The notes: a model not told the origin generated them from the sequence alone. Shown: positions 1-10,342, numbered from the stretch's first letter. The stretch: DNA of 33,872 bases from a bacterium (GCA_011046315.1 DSAU01000202.1:1-33872), one strand, 5' to 3'. A program made the numbers and translations.

Positions 1-147
1 ATACAAAGGCACACAAAGTATTGAAAATATAAAGCTTGGCAGGCAAAAGAAATTAATCGACTCAGAATATTTTTTATGAATGCTTTTTTTACAACTTTGT
101 GATTCTTCGTGACTTGGTGCCTTGGTGGCAAGATTTATGAATTAAAC

Positions 148-298
148 AGGCTAAAGAACATAGCTTCGGCGAATTAATTAATGAAAAGCAATCACAGATT
201 TCGCCGATTTCACAGATGATTTCACAGCTAAAAATCTCTGTCATCTGAGAAAGCTGCGGTACTTTTTTTTCGGCGACAACTTTGAAATTCCGATACAA
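148..298 (+). repeat. Dispersed intergenic repeat, copy 1 (about 150 nt); second copy at 11902-12050
   Basis: By-eye alignment to 11902-12050 in the same orientation gives roughly 90 percent identity with a few 1-nt indels. It contains the internal tandem GATTTCACAG (206-215 and 218-227) and the hairpin arms CAGATGA/TCATCTG (214-220 and 241-247). The ORFs called across it (89-298 and 228-467, minus strand) are not preserved in copy 2. Confidence 0.8.
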
Positions 299-426
299 TT
301 AAATAATTGATGTAGCCGTCATCGTTCGGGTGAAAAAATCGCCGGAGGCGCATTTGCGGGTGAAGTATTGTTTCATAGCGTAGCCTGATGGCTGTATGGC
401 TACAATAATACAAGGAAATTTTGCTG

Positions 427-963
427 ATGATTTTATCTGATAAAACAATTCGAGAATGGATTATCAACGGTAAATTGGTAGTCGAACCGCTGGATGAAGT
501 GCAAATTCAGCCAGCATCGATTGATTTGCGATTGGGAAACCATTATTTAAAAGTGGCAGAACATCGCAGCAGCACACTGGATTTGATTAACAAGCCGGAA
601 TATGAAGAAATAGTCGCCGATGAGGTGGTGATTCCAGCCCATGCATTTTTACTGGCGACGACGCGGGAATTTATCGAGCTGCCTGACGATTTAACAGCAT
701 TTGTGGAGGGGAGGAGCTCAATTGGCAGGCTGGGATTGTTTATTCAAAATGCCGGCTGGGTTGATCCGGGATTTCAAGGAGAGATCACTATTGAGTTGTA
801 CAATGCCAATAGTTTACCCATTAGGTTAAAAATGGGTGTCCGTATCTGTCAACTCGTGTTCGCCAAACTGGACAAACCAGCAGCCAATCCCTATCGTGGC
901 AAATATCAGGGACAGCGAAAAGCAACCGGCAGCCGAGTCCGTGAAGATATTGATATTCGGTGA
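427..963 (+). CDS. dcd: dCTP deaminase
   Basis: The translation MILSDKTIREWI...QPASIDLRLG...FVEGRSSIGRLGLFIQNAGWVDPGFQGEITIEL matches the dCTP deaminase/dUTPase-fold family. I prefer the ATG at 427 over the TTG at 421; AAGGA lies about 12 nt upstream. Confidence 0.85.
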   Translation: MILSDKTIREWIINGKLVVEPLDEVQIQPASIDLRLGNHYLKVAEHRSSTLDLINKPEYEEIVADEVVIPAHAFLLATTREFIELPDDLTAFVEGRSSIGRLGLFIQNAGWVDPGFQGEITIELYNANSLPIRLKMGVRICQLVFAKLDKPAANPYRGKYQGQRKATGSRVREDIDIR

Positions 964-1031
964 TCGGTTATTTTTTTTTGATGGTTTCTTATAATTTATG
1001 ATTGTCCACCAATTCAACTCAAGGGTGATTT

Positions 1032-1706
1032 ATGAAAGCAAAAGTTATTGTTGGAGCGACAGCAATGGTACTGATCTTTATCAGCATTATTGCGTTGGTG
1101 TTTTATGCTCCGGAAGAGAAAACCATGGGCATTATTCAAAAAATATTCTACTTTCATGTGGCTTCTGCCTGGGTCGGATTTTTGGCGTTCGCTGTGGTTT
1201 TTGTGTTGAGCATTCTGTTTTTAGCGAAAAAGAAATTCATTTATGACGCCTGGGCGTATAGCTCGGCAGAAATTGGCGTTTTATTTACCAGCCTGGTATT
1301 GGTAACCGGGCCTTTTTGGGCAAAGGGAGCCTGGAATATCTGGTGGACCTGGGATGCCCGGTTGACAACAACGCTGATTCTGTGGCTGATATATATCGGT
1401 TATTTGTTGCTGCGCCAGATGATTGACTCACCGGAGAAAGCCGCCCGAATCTGTGCGGTTTTTGGCATCATTGGCTTTGTCGATGTGCCGATTGTATATG
1501 GGGCAATTCGCTGGTGGCGCACCATGCATCCAAAATACGTGGTAATCATGGGCGGTGAGAATTCGGGATTGCACCCGAAAATGTTGCAGGTATTAATCAT
1601 CAGTGTGATCGCTTTTACCTTTTTATATCTGACACTTTTGTTGCTGCGGGTAGATTTAGAAAAATCGCGGCAACAACTTGATTATCTTAAAAGCCAATTA
1701 CAATAA
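1032..1706 (+). CDS. ccmC: Cytochrome c maturation heme exporter subunit CcmC
   Basis: Polytopic membrane protein carrying the tryptophan-rich heme-handling motif (KGAWNIWWTWDARLTTT) and the flanking His residues typical of CcmC. Confidence 0.85.
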   Translation: MKAKVIVGATAMVLIFISIIALVFYAPEEKTMGIIQKIFYFHVASAWVGFLAFAVVFVLSILFLAKKKFIYDAWAYSSAEIGVLFTSLVLVTGPFWAKGAWNIWWTWDARLTTTLILWLIYIGYLLLRQMIDSPEKAARICAVFGIIGFVDVPIVYGAIRWWRTMHPKYVVIMGGENSGLHPKMLQVLIISVIAFTFLYLTLLLLRVDLEKSRQQLDYLKSQLQ

Positions 1707-1731
1707 ATTCCAAAATAAAAAGAGGAAAGTT

Positions 1732-1872
1732 ATGTACTATATGGTAGCTGCTTATTCAATTCTTTGGCTGGTATTGTTTTTCTATGTATTTTTACTAATT
1801 CAAAAACAATCAAGCATTAGTCGCGAGATCAAAGGATTGCAGCAGGAAATGATTCGCCGTAAGCTTCGATAA
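1732..1872 (+). CDS. CcmD-like small membrane protein
   Basis: 46-aa single-TM peptide (MYYMVAAYSILWLVLFFYVFLLIQK...) directly after ccmC, with an AGAGGA Shine-Dalgarno sequence upstream of the ATG at 1732. The call rests on size and position; the sequence itself is weakly diagnostic. Confidence 0.5.
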   Translation: MYYMVAAYSILWLVLFFYVFLLIQKQSSISREIKGLQQEMIRRKLR

Positions 1873-2116
1873 GCGCTACGGTATGTCGCTGCAAAAATAT
1901 ATTCTTTAGCGCTCCTGTTAAAAAGATATTTTTTTCAATGTTTCGATATCAAATGGGTTCGTTGGATTACAAACCGGTTTTGACTGATACAGGCATTAAA
2001 AAAATCGAGAGGGAGAAATAGATCGGCTGTTTATGTTATTATCTGAGCGCGAACTGAGGGAGCACCGGGAAAAATATTTATTGCTCATATTATCAGTAAA
2101 GGAGGGATGTACTCAA

Positions 2117-3094
2117 TCAGGCTTTTTTTGCAATCAGGAAATATTCGCAGGGTTTTTGCTGTAGCTGGACTTTGGTACCGGCAACGACAAACCATTGCTG
2201 AATTTGTTTAAAATCCCATCCTAATATGGAGTGGTTTTTGCCTTCGGCTTTGAGCACTTGCGCCACGATTTTCTGTCCTTTTGCATTTAAATCAGCAACC
2301 GCGATGATACCATTGCTATTGCAAACACGCAACATCTCTGCCAGAACTGTGTCCGGTTGGCTAAGGTGATGTATCATGTCGGCGCATATTACCGCGTCAA
2401 AGCTTTGATCGGGAAACTCCATCTGGCGCCCGTCCATCTGTTTAAATTCGATTCGTTCGTCCAACTGATAATGAATTGCATTGAGTCTGGCATAATACAA
2501 CTCTTCAGCTGACGGGTCAATGGAGATACAATTCAATCCACGGCGCGCAATTGCTAATGCTAAATGTCCCTTGCCGGTTCCGATGTCCAAAATATTAGCA
2601 GCGTTGGGTTGATCTATCACAAAATCCACCAATTGTTCGCGGTGTTTGGCTATGTCATAACCGGCACGCCGATAAATTTCGATCCTTTCTTGATATTTTC
2701 GATGGTTGTCTCTGATCAGATAATCGGCAATGGCGGTCCTCAATCCATTAATACCGAGTAGTGAGCAATGTGCCTTATTTTCAGGAATACCGCCCAGCTC
2801 GCGGATGATGTCATCGTCAGTCAATTTGATGGCGTCTTTCAACCGTTTTCCGATTGCCAGCTCGGAAGCCATACTGGTGGTCGCAATCGCGCCGCCACAG
2901 CCGAATACTTTATATTTGTAATCGATAATAAAGTCGTCTCGAACTTTGATCCACACTTCAATGAAATCTCCGCAGGACGGGTCACCGACTCTGGCGTAAC
3001 CGTCAGCAACGCTTAATTCACCCACATTTCGGGGGTTGCAAAAGTGGTCGAGAAATTTTTCGGAGAAAAAGAAATTGTTTCGGAATGTTTGCAT
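2117..3094 (-). CDS. Fusion protein: IscU/NifU N-terminal Fe-S scaffold domain plus class I SAM-dependent methyltransferase
   Basis: The N-terminal half has the IscU signature with all three cluster-ligand Cys (NPRNVG...GDPSCGD...VFGCGGAIATTS...NKAHCSLLG). The C-terminal half has MTase motif I (ILDIGTGKGHLA), motif II and post-I elements (CISIDPS...FDAVICADMIHHL). I chose the ATG at 3094 (MQTFRNNFFFSEKFLDHF); a GTG at 3154 is an alternative start. Confidence 0.75.
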   Translation of the reverse strand: MQTFRNNFFFSEKFLDHFCNPRNVGELSVADGYARVGDPSCGDFIEVWIKVRDDFIIDYKYKVFGCGGAIATTSMASELAIGKRLKDAIKLTDDDIIRELGGIPENKAHCSLLGINGLRTAIADYLIRDNHRKYQERIEIYRRAGYDIAKHREQLVDFVIDQPNAANILDIGTGKGHLALAIARRGLNCISIDPSAEELYYARLNAIHYQLDERIEFKQMDGRQMEFPDQSFDAVICADMIHHLSQPDTVLAEMLRVCNSNGIIAVADLNAKGQKIVAQVLKAEGKNHSILGWDFKQIQQWFVVAGTKVQLQQKPCEYFLIAKKA

Positions 3095-3291
3095 GTCGAA
3101 AATTTCACTATAATAAAAGGGAGTGCTTTTTTGAAGCCAAATATACGAAATCACGATTAATATATCAAGTTTTTTGATTGTTTTTTGAATTTTGACTTGT
3201 ATGATTTGAAATAATTATGTATATTCTATCAATTTATTATTGGAAAAAGATAACTATTCAGCATTTAGCAAATCCTATAAGCTTTTGAAGA

Positions 3292-3319
3292 TGGCAGGAT
3301 GATTAGTGGCAGGATGATT
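3292..3319. repeat. Tandem direct repeat TGGCAGGATGATT x2 (15-nt phase) in a divergent intergenic region
   Basis: Identical 13-mers at 3292-3304 and 3307-3319, separated by AG. Confidence 0.7.
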
Positions 3320-3433
3320 TTAAAATACAGAAAATTGAGACTAAACTGCTTGGGCAATTGTATTGCTGTTGCTAATAAATCTTTTGCTGGTTTGTGGATA
3401 GGTCTGAATTGTTTAAAACAATAGATACTGATC

Positions 3434-3456
3434 ATTCTGACGATAATTATTCTGAC
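3434..3456. repeat. Direct repeat ATTCTGAC x2 (15-nt phase)
   Basis: ATTCTGAC occurs at 3434-3441 and 3449-3456. The related core AATTATTCTG recurs at 12536-12561, also in a 15-nt phase. Confidence 0.6.
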
Positions 3457-3534
3457 AATTAATCGGCGGATAGTTGCAGCAAAAGATAATCTTTTTAATC
3501 AAATTGTGAACTGTTAAACACCGGAGACTGTTTC

Positions 3535-4080
3535 ATGATAACCAGAGAGCAGCACGAGAAAGCACGTTTAAGGGCGATAGAATATCTCGACAGAGCCGGG
3601 ATTGTTTTGACCGAAAAGGAAAAGCAGAATATTGAGGTGGCTGATTTGGGATTGAATGATTTGGATTCCATCGGGCTGGAGTTGATTACCTATGTAAACA
3701 CCGAGCGCGTATGCGCAAAAGAATTGATCTTGTTTCCAAGACAGTCCTGCCCGGAACATCGTCATCCTCCAGTTAATGGCGAACCGGGCAAAGAGGAAAC
3801 TTTTCGCTGCCGCTGGGGGCAAGTTTATCTTTATGTTCAGGGAGAACCAACGCCGAATCCTAAAGCGATCGCGCCAAAAGGCCATGAAGATTGGTTTACA
3901 GTTTGGCATGAAATTATTTTAAATCCGGGAGAGCAATACACACTGCTGCCGGATACGCTTCACTGGTTTCAGGCCGGGGATGAGGGAGCGATCATTTCAG
4001 AGTTTTCCACGCGAAGTCGCGATGAGAGTGATATTTTTACAGACCCGGGAATTACAAGGGCGCCGGAGCTGGCAGAATGA
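3535..4080 (+). CDS. D-lyxose/D-mannose ketol-isomerase-like cupin
   Basis: MITREQHEKAR...IEVADLGLNDL...YVNTERVCAKELILFPRQSCPEHRHPP...GKEETFRCRWGQVYLYV...HWFQAG closely resembles the YdaE-type D-lyxose isomerase cupin family as I remember it. GGAGA lies upstream of the ATG. Confidence 0.65.
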   Translation: MITREQHEKARLRAIEYLDRAGIVLTEKEKQNIEVADLGLNDLDSIGLELITYVNTERVCAKELILFPRQSCPEHRHPPVNGEPGKEETFRCRWGQVYLYVQGEPTPNPKAIAPKGHEDWFTVWHEIILNPGEQYTLLPDTLHWFQAGDEGAIISEFSTRSRDESDIFTDPGITRAPELAE

Positions 4081-4168
4081 AACAAGCTCCTGTATCCGGT
4101 AACTGATGTTGTCTATAGTTAACTTATATAAATCTGATTGAACTAAAATTGTGATTTGATTGTCGGGA

Positions 4169-5539
4169 ATGGTCAAAGCAAAGAAAGTCAAAATTCAATA
4201 TGTTTGTCAATCCTGTGGTTTTGTCTCACATCGCTGGTTGGGGCGCTGCAACGAATGTGGACAATGGAACAGCATGGTGGAAGAGAGGGTCATGCCTTCT
4301 GTTGGTGTGATGACAGCCGCGGATAAACCTCAAACAGAGCCGGTTGCACTTAATAAAATTCAGTCGCAGGCAGAAGTTAGAATAGCCTGCCACAGCACCG
4401 AATTCAATCGTGTACTGGGAAGGGGAATTGTTCCGGGGTCGCTGGCGTTAGTCGGAGGTGACCCCGGAATCGGCAAATCCACCTTGATGCTGCAGGAAGC
4501 GGCATGGCTGGCAAACCAGGGATTGACAGCGCTTTACGTTTCAGGAGAGGAGTCGCTCAATCAGACCAAAATGCGCGCTGACCGGTTACGACTGACAGCA
4601 GATCAATTGTTGATTCTGCCGGAAAACAACCTGGAGAACATTATTGCAGCATTGGATCAAATTCAACCTAAAATTGTCGTCATCGATTCGATTCAGACCA
4701 TTTACAGCGCCAATCTGCAAAGTTCGCCCGGTAGCATCAGCCAGGTGCGTGAATGCGCCTATCAATTTTTACAGTTAGCAAAGCATCGCGATATATCTAT
4801 TTTTTTAATAGGCCATGTAACTAAAGAAGGTTACATCGCTGGCCCCAAAGTGCTGGAACACACCGTTGATGCACTGTTTTTATTTGAAGGGGATCGCAAT
4901 CAATTTTTTCGGATTTTGCGCGCGGTAAAAAACCGGTTTGGCTCAACCAATGAGATCGGGGTTTTTGAAATGACGGATAAAGGGCTTACCGACGTTTCCA
5001 ATCCATCAGAGATGTTTTTGTCGCAACGAAAAGCCGATGAACCCGGATCTGTAGTGGTCAGTATTTTAGAAGGGACACGACCGTTATTGCTCGAAGTGCA
5101 ATCTTTGGTGAGCCGGACCAATTATGGTCTCCCACAGCGAAGCACCACCGGGATCGATCATAAAAGATTGGCGATGTTGTTGGCAGTGCTTGAAAAACGC
5201 ATCGGCTTAAAAATCGGGACGTTTGATGTTTTTGTCAACGCAGTCGGCGGAGTTCGCATCGATGAGACTGCCGCTGATCTGGGCATTGCCCTGGCAATTA
5301 CTTCCAGTTTGAGAAATCAACGGATTACACCGAATGCGGTACTGGTGGGTGAGATCGGACTCACCGGTGAGATTCGGCCGGTGGCGCATATCGAGCGCCG
5401 CATTACTGAGGCTGAAAAGTTGGGTTTTAAAGGGATGGTGCTCCCGTCAGCGAACTTTCGATCTTTAAAAAACAAGGGTGGGATTAAGCTCCAGCCGGTG
5501 GACAGGCTTTCACAGGCTGTTGAAATCTTCATTCAGTGA
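4169..5539 (+). CDS. radA: DNA repair protein RadA/Sms
   Basis: N-terminal zinc ribbon (CQSCGFVSHRWLGRCNECGQWNS), Walker A (GGDPGIGKST), the RadA KNRFG motif and a C-terminal Lon-protease-like domain. ATG at 4169; TTG at 4160 is an alternative start. Confidence 0.9.
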   Translation: MVKAKKVKIQYVCQSCGFVSHRWLGRCNECGQWNSMVEERVMPSVGVMTAADKPQTEPVALNKIQSQAEVRIACHSTEFNRVLGRGIVPGSLALVGGDPGIGKSTLMLQEAAWLANQGLTALYVSGEESLNQTKMRADRLRLTADQLLILPENNLENIIAALDQIQPKIVVIDSIQTIYSANLQSSPGSISQVRECAYQFLQLAKHRDISIFLIGHVTKEGYIAGPKVLEHTVDALFLFEGDRNQFFRILRAVKNRFGSTNEIGVFEMTDKGLTDVSNPSEMFLSQRKADEPGSVVVSILEGTRPLLLEVQSLVSRTNYGLPQRSTTGIDHKRLAMLLAVLEKRIGLKIGTFDVFVNAVGGVRIDETAADLGIALAITSSLRNQRITPNAVLVGEIGLTGEIRPVAHIERRITEAEKLGFKGMVLPSANFRSLKNKGGIKLQPVDRLSQAVEIFIQ

Positions 5540-5638
5540 TACAGTTGTTGTAGCATAATCGATAGCTCAGATTTTACGATTTAGAAGGATATGTGTAGGC
5601 AAAACAAAATATCCGATTGAATTATTGAAGATAGCTGA

Positions 5639-6871
<1,233 letters not shown>

Positions 6872-7066
6872 CCGACCATTGCTCGAATAAAGCCAGACAA
6901 TTATTACCCTTAAAAAATACGGTTAATTCAGGGTTCAATCGTTGGTTTGCTTTGTGATAAGCAATGCGATAAATCTATAATTGTATCAGCTATTCTTATT
7001 TGTATAATTTTGCTGATAATGGATATTGTTTAAGTTAAATTAAAAATTAATTCAAGGAGGAACGAC

Positions 7067-7390
7067 GTGGTTTACACAATGATGTTACTGGCAATGGGAG
7101 CGCCGGCAGGTGAAGGTGGTGGCGGCGGTTTTGGAATGTTTTTGCCAATTATTCTGATTTTTGCGATCATGTATTTTTTAATTTTCAGACCTCAAGCAAA
7201 AAAGCAGAAGCAACAACGGTTGATGGTTGAAGCCTTAAAGAAGGGCGACAAAATTGTAACCATCGGCGGTATGTATGGACAAATCGTCGGTATTAAGGAA
7301 AAAGAGGGTACTATTGTCGTAAAGATTGCTGAAAATACCAAAGTAGAATTGGCTCGAACTTCGGTCGCCCGTGTTCTTGAAGGTGAATAG
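7067..7390 (+). CDS. yajC: Preprotein translocase subunit YajC
   Basis: A single TM followed by FRPQAKKQKQ...LKKGDKIVTIGGMYGQIVGI, typical of YajC. AAGGAGG lies 6 nt upstream of the GTG at 7067. Confidence 0.85.
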   Translation: MVYTMMLLAMGAPAGEGGGGGFGMFLPIILIFAIMYFLIFRPQAKKQKQQRLMVEALKKGDKIVTIGGMYGQIVGIKEKEGTIVVKIAENTKVELARTSVARVLEGE

Positions 7391-7392
7391 TC

Positions 7393-7965
7393 ATGTCTGA
7401 TTTGCGAGTGATTAAATATGGCAATCCGATCCTTCGATTAAAGGCGCAAAAGATTGACAAGGTCGATGCTGATATCAGGCGGGTTGTGGATCAGATGGTT
7501 GAAATCATGTGGGATGAAGCGGGCATCGGTCTGGCTGCACCTCAGGTTGCCCGGTCGATTCAGTTGTTAGTGGTGGATCATAGTTTGATCGATGAGGATG
7601 GCAAACCCACGGCCTATTTGAATCCGGAAATTCTTTCGGCAGAGGGCGAATCAATAATGGAAGAAGGCTGTCTCAGTTTGCCCGATATTCGGGAAGAAGT
7701 GAAGCGTCCCGCAGCTATTCGGTTGCGTTACCAGAATATCGATGGTGAGATGTTAGAAAAAAATTTTGACGGACTCACCGCGCGCGTGCTTCAACATGAA
7801 ATTGACCATCTTGACGGTATTCTGTTCATTGATCGAATTAGCCCGATGAAAAAACAACTGCTCAACAAGGAATTAAAAAGCATCGCAGCAGAAGAGAAAG
7901 AAAAAATAGCGAAAATTTCAACTTCTGATATCGAGTTATTGACAGGATTAAGCGATGTGACATAA
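7393..7965 (+). CDS. def: Peptide deformylase
   Basis: The three Def motifs are present: GIGLAAPQV, EGCLSLP and HEIDHLDG. Confidence 0.9.
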   Translation: MSDLRVIKYGNPILRLKAQKIDKVDADIRRVVDQMVEIMWDEAGIGLAAPQVARSIQLLVVDHSLIDEDGKPTAYLNPEILSAEGESIMEEGCLSLPDIREEVKRPAAIRLRYQNIDGEMLEKNFDGLTARVLQHEIDHLDGILFIDRISPMKKQLLNKELKSIAAEEKEKIAKISTSDIELLTGLSDVT

Positions 7966-7993
7966 GCGAATTCAACCAATTATAAAATTTGCG

Positions 7994-8923
7994 ATGAAAA
8001 TTGTCTTCATGGGAACGCCGGAGTTTGCGGTTCCGAGTTTGACCAGGTTATTAAACAGCAAGCACCAGGTGATTGCTGTGGTGACCGGAACTGACAAGCC
8101 CATCGGCAGAGGTCAAAAGATGAAGCCGACGCCGATTAAACAAACTGCCCAATCGTTCGGCATTTCTGTTCTGACGCCCGCCAGTTTATCAGATCCGGAC
8201 TTTATTGGAGGGTTGCGAGGGTTATCATCGGATTTGTTTGTGGTGGTGGCGTTTCGCATTTTACCGCCGGCAGTTTTTACCATTCCGCCGAAAGGCACCA
8301 TCAATCTTCATGCCTCGCTGTTGCCAAAATATCGCGGTGCAGCGCCGATACATTGGGCGATTATCAATGGCGAAAAAAAAACCGGGGTTACCACATTTTT
8401 TATAGAGGAAAAAGTCGATGCCGGGGAATGGATATTACAACAAAAAGTAGATATCGGAGACCAGGAAAATGCAGGAGAATTGCATGATAAACTGAGTCGG
8501 GTGGGCGCTGACGCACTGCTTCAGACAGTGGATTTAATCGAACAAGGTCGTGCTCCCCGGGTCAAACAGGTCGGTGAAGTTACCAAAGCACCCAAACTGT
8601 CCCGGGAACTATGCCGGATTAAATGGACTGATGATGCGCAGCGGATTAACAATTTGATCCGGGGGCTGTCGCCATATCCGCAAGCTTTCTCAATTCTGAA
8701 CGGCGAGGAAATAAAAATTTGTCGCAGCCATGTTGAAATTGACACAGTAACAAAGACCGGTCAGCCAGGAGAGATCCTCGGCGCTATGAAGGACAGGATT
8801 CTGGTATGCGCAGCCGACGGAGTGTTGGCGATAACCGAACTTCAACCCGAGAACCGGCGGCGGATGACTGCGGCTGAATATTTGTTGGGTCATCCACTGA
8901 CTGCTGGTGATCGATTTGAATAG
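7994..8923 (+). CDS. fmt: Methionyl-tRNA formyltransferase
   Basis: MKIVFMGTPEFAVPSL...NLHASLLPKYRGAAPIHWAIINGEKKTGVT is the formyltransferase core; the gene sits in the conserved position after def. Confidence 0.9.
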   Translation: MKIVFMGTPEFAVPSLTRLLNSKHQVIAVVTGTDKPIGRGQKMKPTPIKQTAQSFGISVLTPASLSDPDFIGGLRGLSSDLFVVVAFRILPPAVFTIPPKGTINLHASLLPKYRGAAPIHWAIINGEKKTGVTTFFIEEKVDAGEWILQQKVDIGDQENAGELHDKLSRVGADALLQTVDLIEQGRAPRVKQVGEVTKAPKLSRELCRIKWTDDAQRINNLIRGLSPYPQAFSILNGEEIKICRSHVEIDTVTKTGQPGEILGAMKDRILVCAADGVLAITELQPENRRRMTAAEYLLGHPLTAGDRFE

Positions 8924-8980
8924 TCAGCGAAAAGAATCAGATCATCTTAAGCAGCGCATTAATTCTGAAAAAAAATCGTG

Positions 8981-10342
8981 ATGAAGTCGCGCCGAATGAT
9001 TGTTGATATGCTGGGTCAATGGGATACCAGAGATGTTTACGCTGATATTATTTTCAATCATGCAGTGAGCAAACATCATTTATCTGAACGTGATCGGGCG
9101 CTGACTCAGGAGATTTTTTTCGGCGTCCTGCGCTGGCGCGGAAAACTGGACTGGATTCTCCAACAGCTCTTTGTGGGAAAGTGGGAAAAGAGTCCGCGCA
9201 GCGTTAAAAACATTTTATTTGTCGGACTGTATCAATTGATGTTCCTTGATCGGATTCCAGCCTACGCTGTTATTAATGAAGCGGTAACTGAAGCCAAACA
9301 GCGCATTGGTAAATATTGGTCGGGCAAAATTAACGCCATCCTCCGTAACTGGGTAAATGGAAAATCTCGAGTGATCTTTCCCGATTTAGCGGAGTCGCCT
9401 GTCGATGCTGTGGCAGTGCAATATTCCCACCCCCGATGGCTGGTTCAACGGTGGATCAAGCGCTGGGGCGTGGAGCAGACTGTTAAGTTGTGTCAGGCAA
9501 ACAATGAACGCCCCGGTGTTTCGTTACGGGTAAATTGCTTAAAAAAAACGCCGACTGAATTATACAATTTGTTAGCGAACATCGAGGTCGAGATTAAACC
9601 GTCAAATGATAATCCACGATTTTTTCAGTCGGACCAAATTTCTGGTTTAGCCGAGTTGGAGGCGTTTCAAAAGGGCTATTTTTCAATTCAGGATGAGAGC
9701 GCGGGCCTGCCCTGTCAATTATTAAATCCCCAGCCTGGGGAAGTGGTCGTTGATCTGTGTTCAGCGCCGGGTGGAAAGACAACCTATTTAGCAGAGCTAA
9801 CTGAGAACCGCTCGACAATAGTCTCAGTCGATAAGAACTATAACCGGTTACTGTTGTTGCGCGAAAATTTGCATCGACTAAAGTTAAATGCAGGACGATT
9901 AGTCTGTTGTGACGGGCGACATTTTTCCGCACAGAAAGTAGATAAGGTATTGGTCGATGCGCCCTGTTCCGGCTTGGGTGTGCTATCTAAACGGGCGGAT
10001 TTGCGCTGGAAACGAAGCGAGTCAACAATAAAACAGCTCGCTGAACTTCAACTGGCGCTATTGGAAAACGCAGCCCGACTACTGCATCCGTGCGGTGTCA
10101 TTGTTTATAGCACCTGTACGATTGAACCGGATGAAAATGAAAAGATCGTTCAACAATTTTTAGAACGTCACCCTGATTACAATGTTGAATCAGCCAATAA
10201 ATTTGTGTCAGAAAAATTTGTCAATCAACAGGGATATGTTTATACCTATCCGCATCGTCATCAGATGGATGGCTCTTTTGCTGCAAGACTGAAAAAAAAT
10301 AACAACCTTCTCAATAACCAGAGCTCAGGTCTAAAAACATGA
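8981..10342 (+). CDS. rsmB: 16S rRNA (cytosine967-C5)-methyltransferase RsmB/Sun
   Basis: N-terminal NusB-like domain, SAM motif (VVDLCSAPGGKT) and the catalytic Cys motifs DAPCSGLG and YSTCT. It lies in the conserved fmt-rsmB order. Confidence 0.85.
   Translation: MKSRRMIVDMLGQWDTRDVYADIIFNHAVSKHHLSERDRALTQEIFFGVLRWRGKLDWILQQLFVGKWEKSPRSVKNILFVGLYQLMFLDRIPAYAVINEAVTEAKQRIGKYWSGKINAILRNWVNGKSRVIFPDLAESPVDAVAVQYSHPRWLVQRWIKRWGVEQTVKLCQANNERPGVSLRVNCLKKTPTELYNLLANIEVEIKPSNDNPRFFQSDQISGLAELEAFQKGYFSIQDESAGLPCQLLNPQPGEVVVDLCSAPGGKTTYLAELTENRSTIVSVDKNYNRLLLLRENLHRLKLNAGRLVCCDGRHFSAQKVDKVLVDAPCSGLGVLSKRADLRWKRSESTIKQLAELQLALLENAARLLHPCGVIVYSTCTIEPDENEKIVQQFLERHPDYNVESANKFVSEKFVNQQGYVYTYPHRHQMDGSFAARLKKNNNLLNNQSSGLKT

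Noticed and set aside
89-467. Two minus-strand ORFs (89-298, 69 aa; 228-467, 79 aa) at the left edge.
   Set aside because: They run across the dispersed non-coding repeat and the dcd upstream region. The second repeat copy (11902-12050) does not preserve either frame. Their composition is low-complexity and Cys-rich, and no SD sequence is present. I treat them as spurious.
998-1246. 82-aa plus-strand ORF overlapping the start of ccmC in another frame.
   Set aside because: The ccmC frame has clear family motifs and a membrane-protein profile. The alternative frame has no recognisable features.
1032-1872. ccmC plus a ccmD-like gene without ccmA/B/E/F/G/H nearby, considered as a possible unusual partial System I.
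   Set aside because: Split ccm loci are common, and the other genes may lie elsewhere. Nothing in the sequence itself is anomalous.
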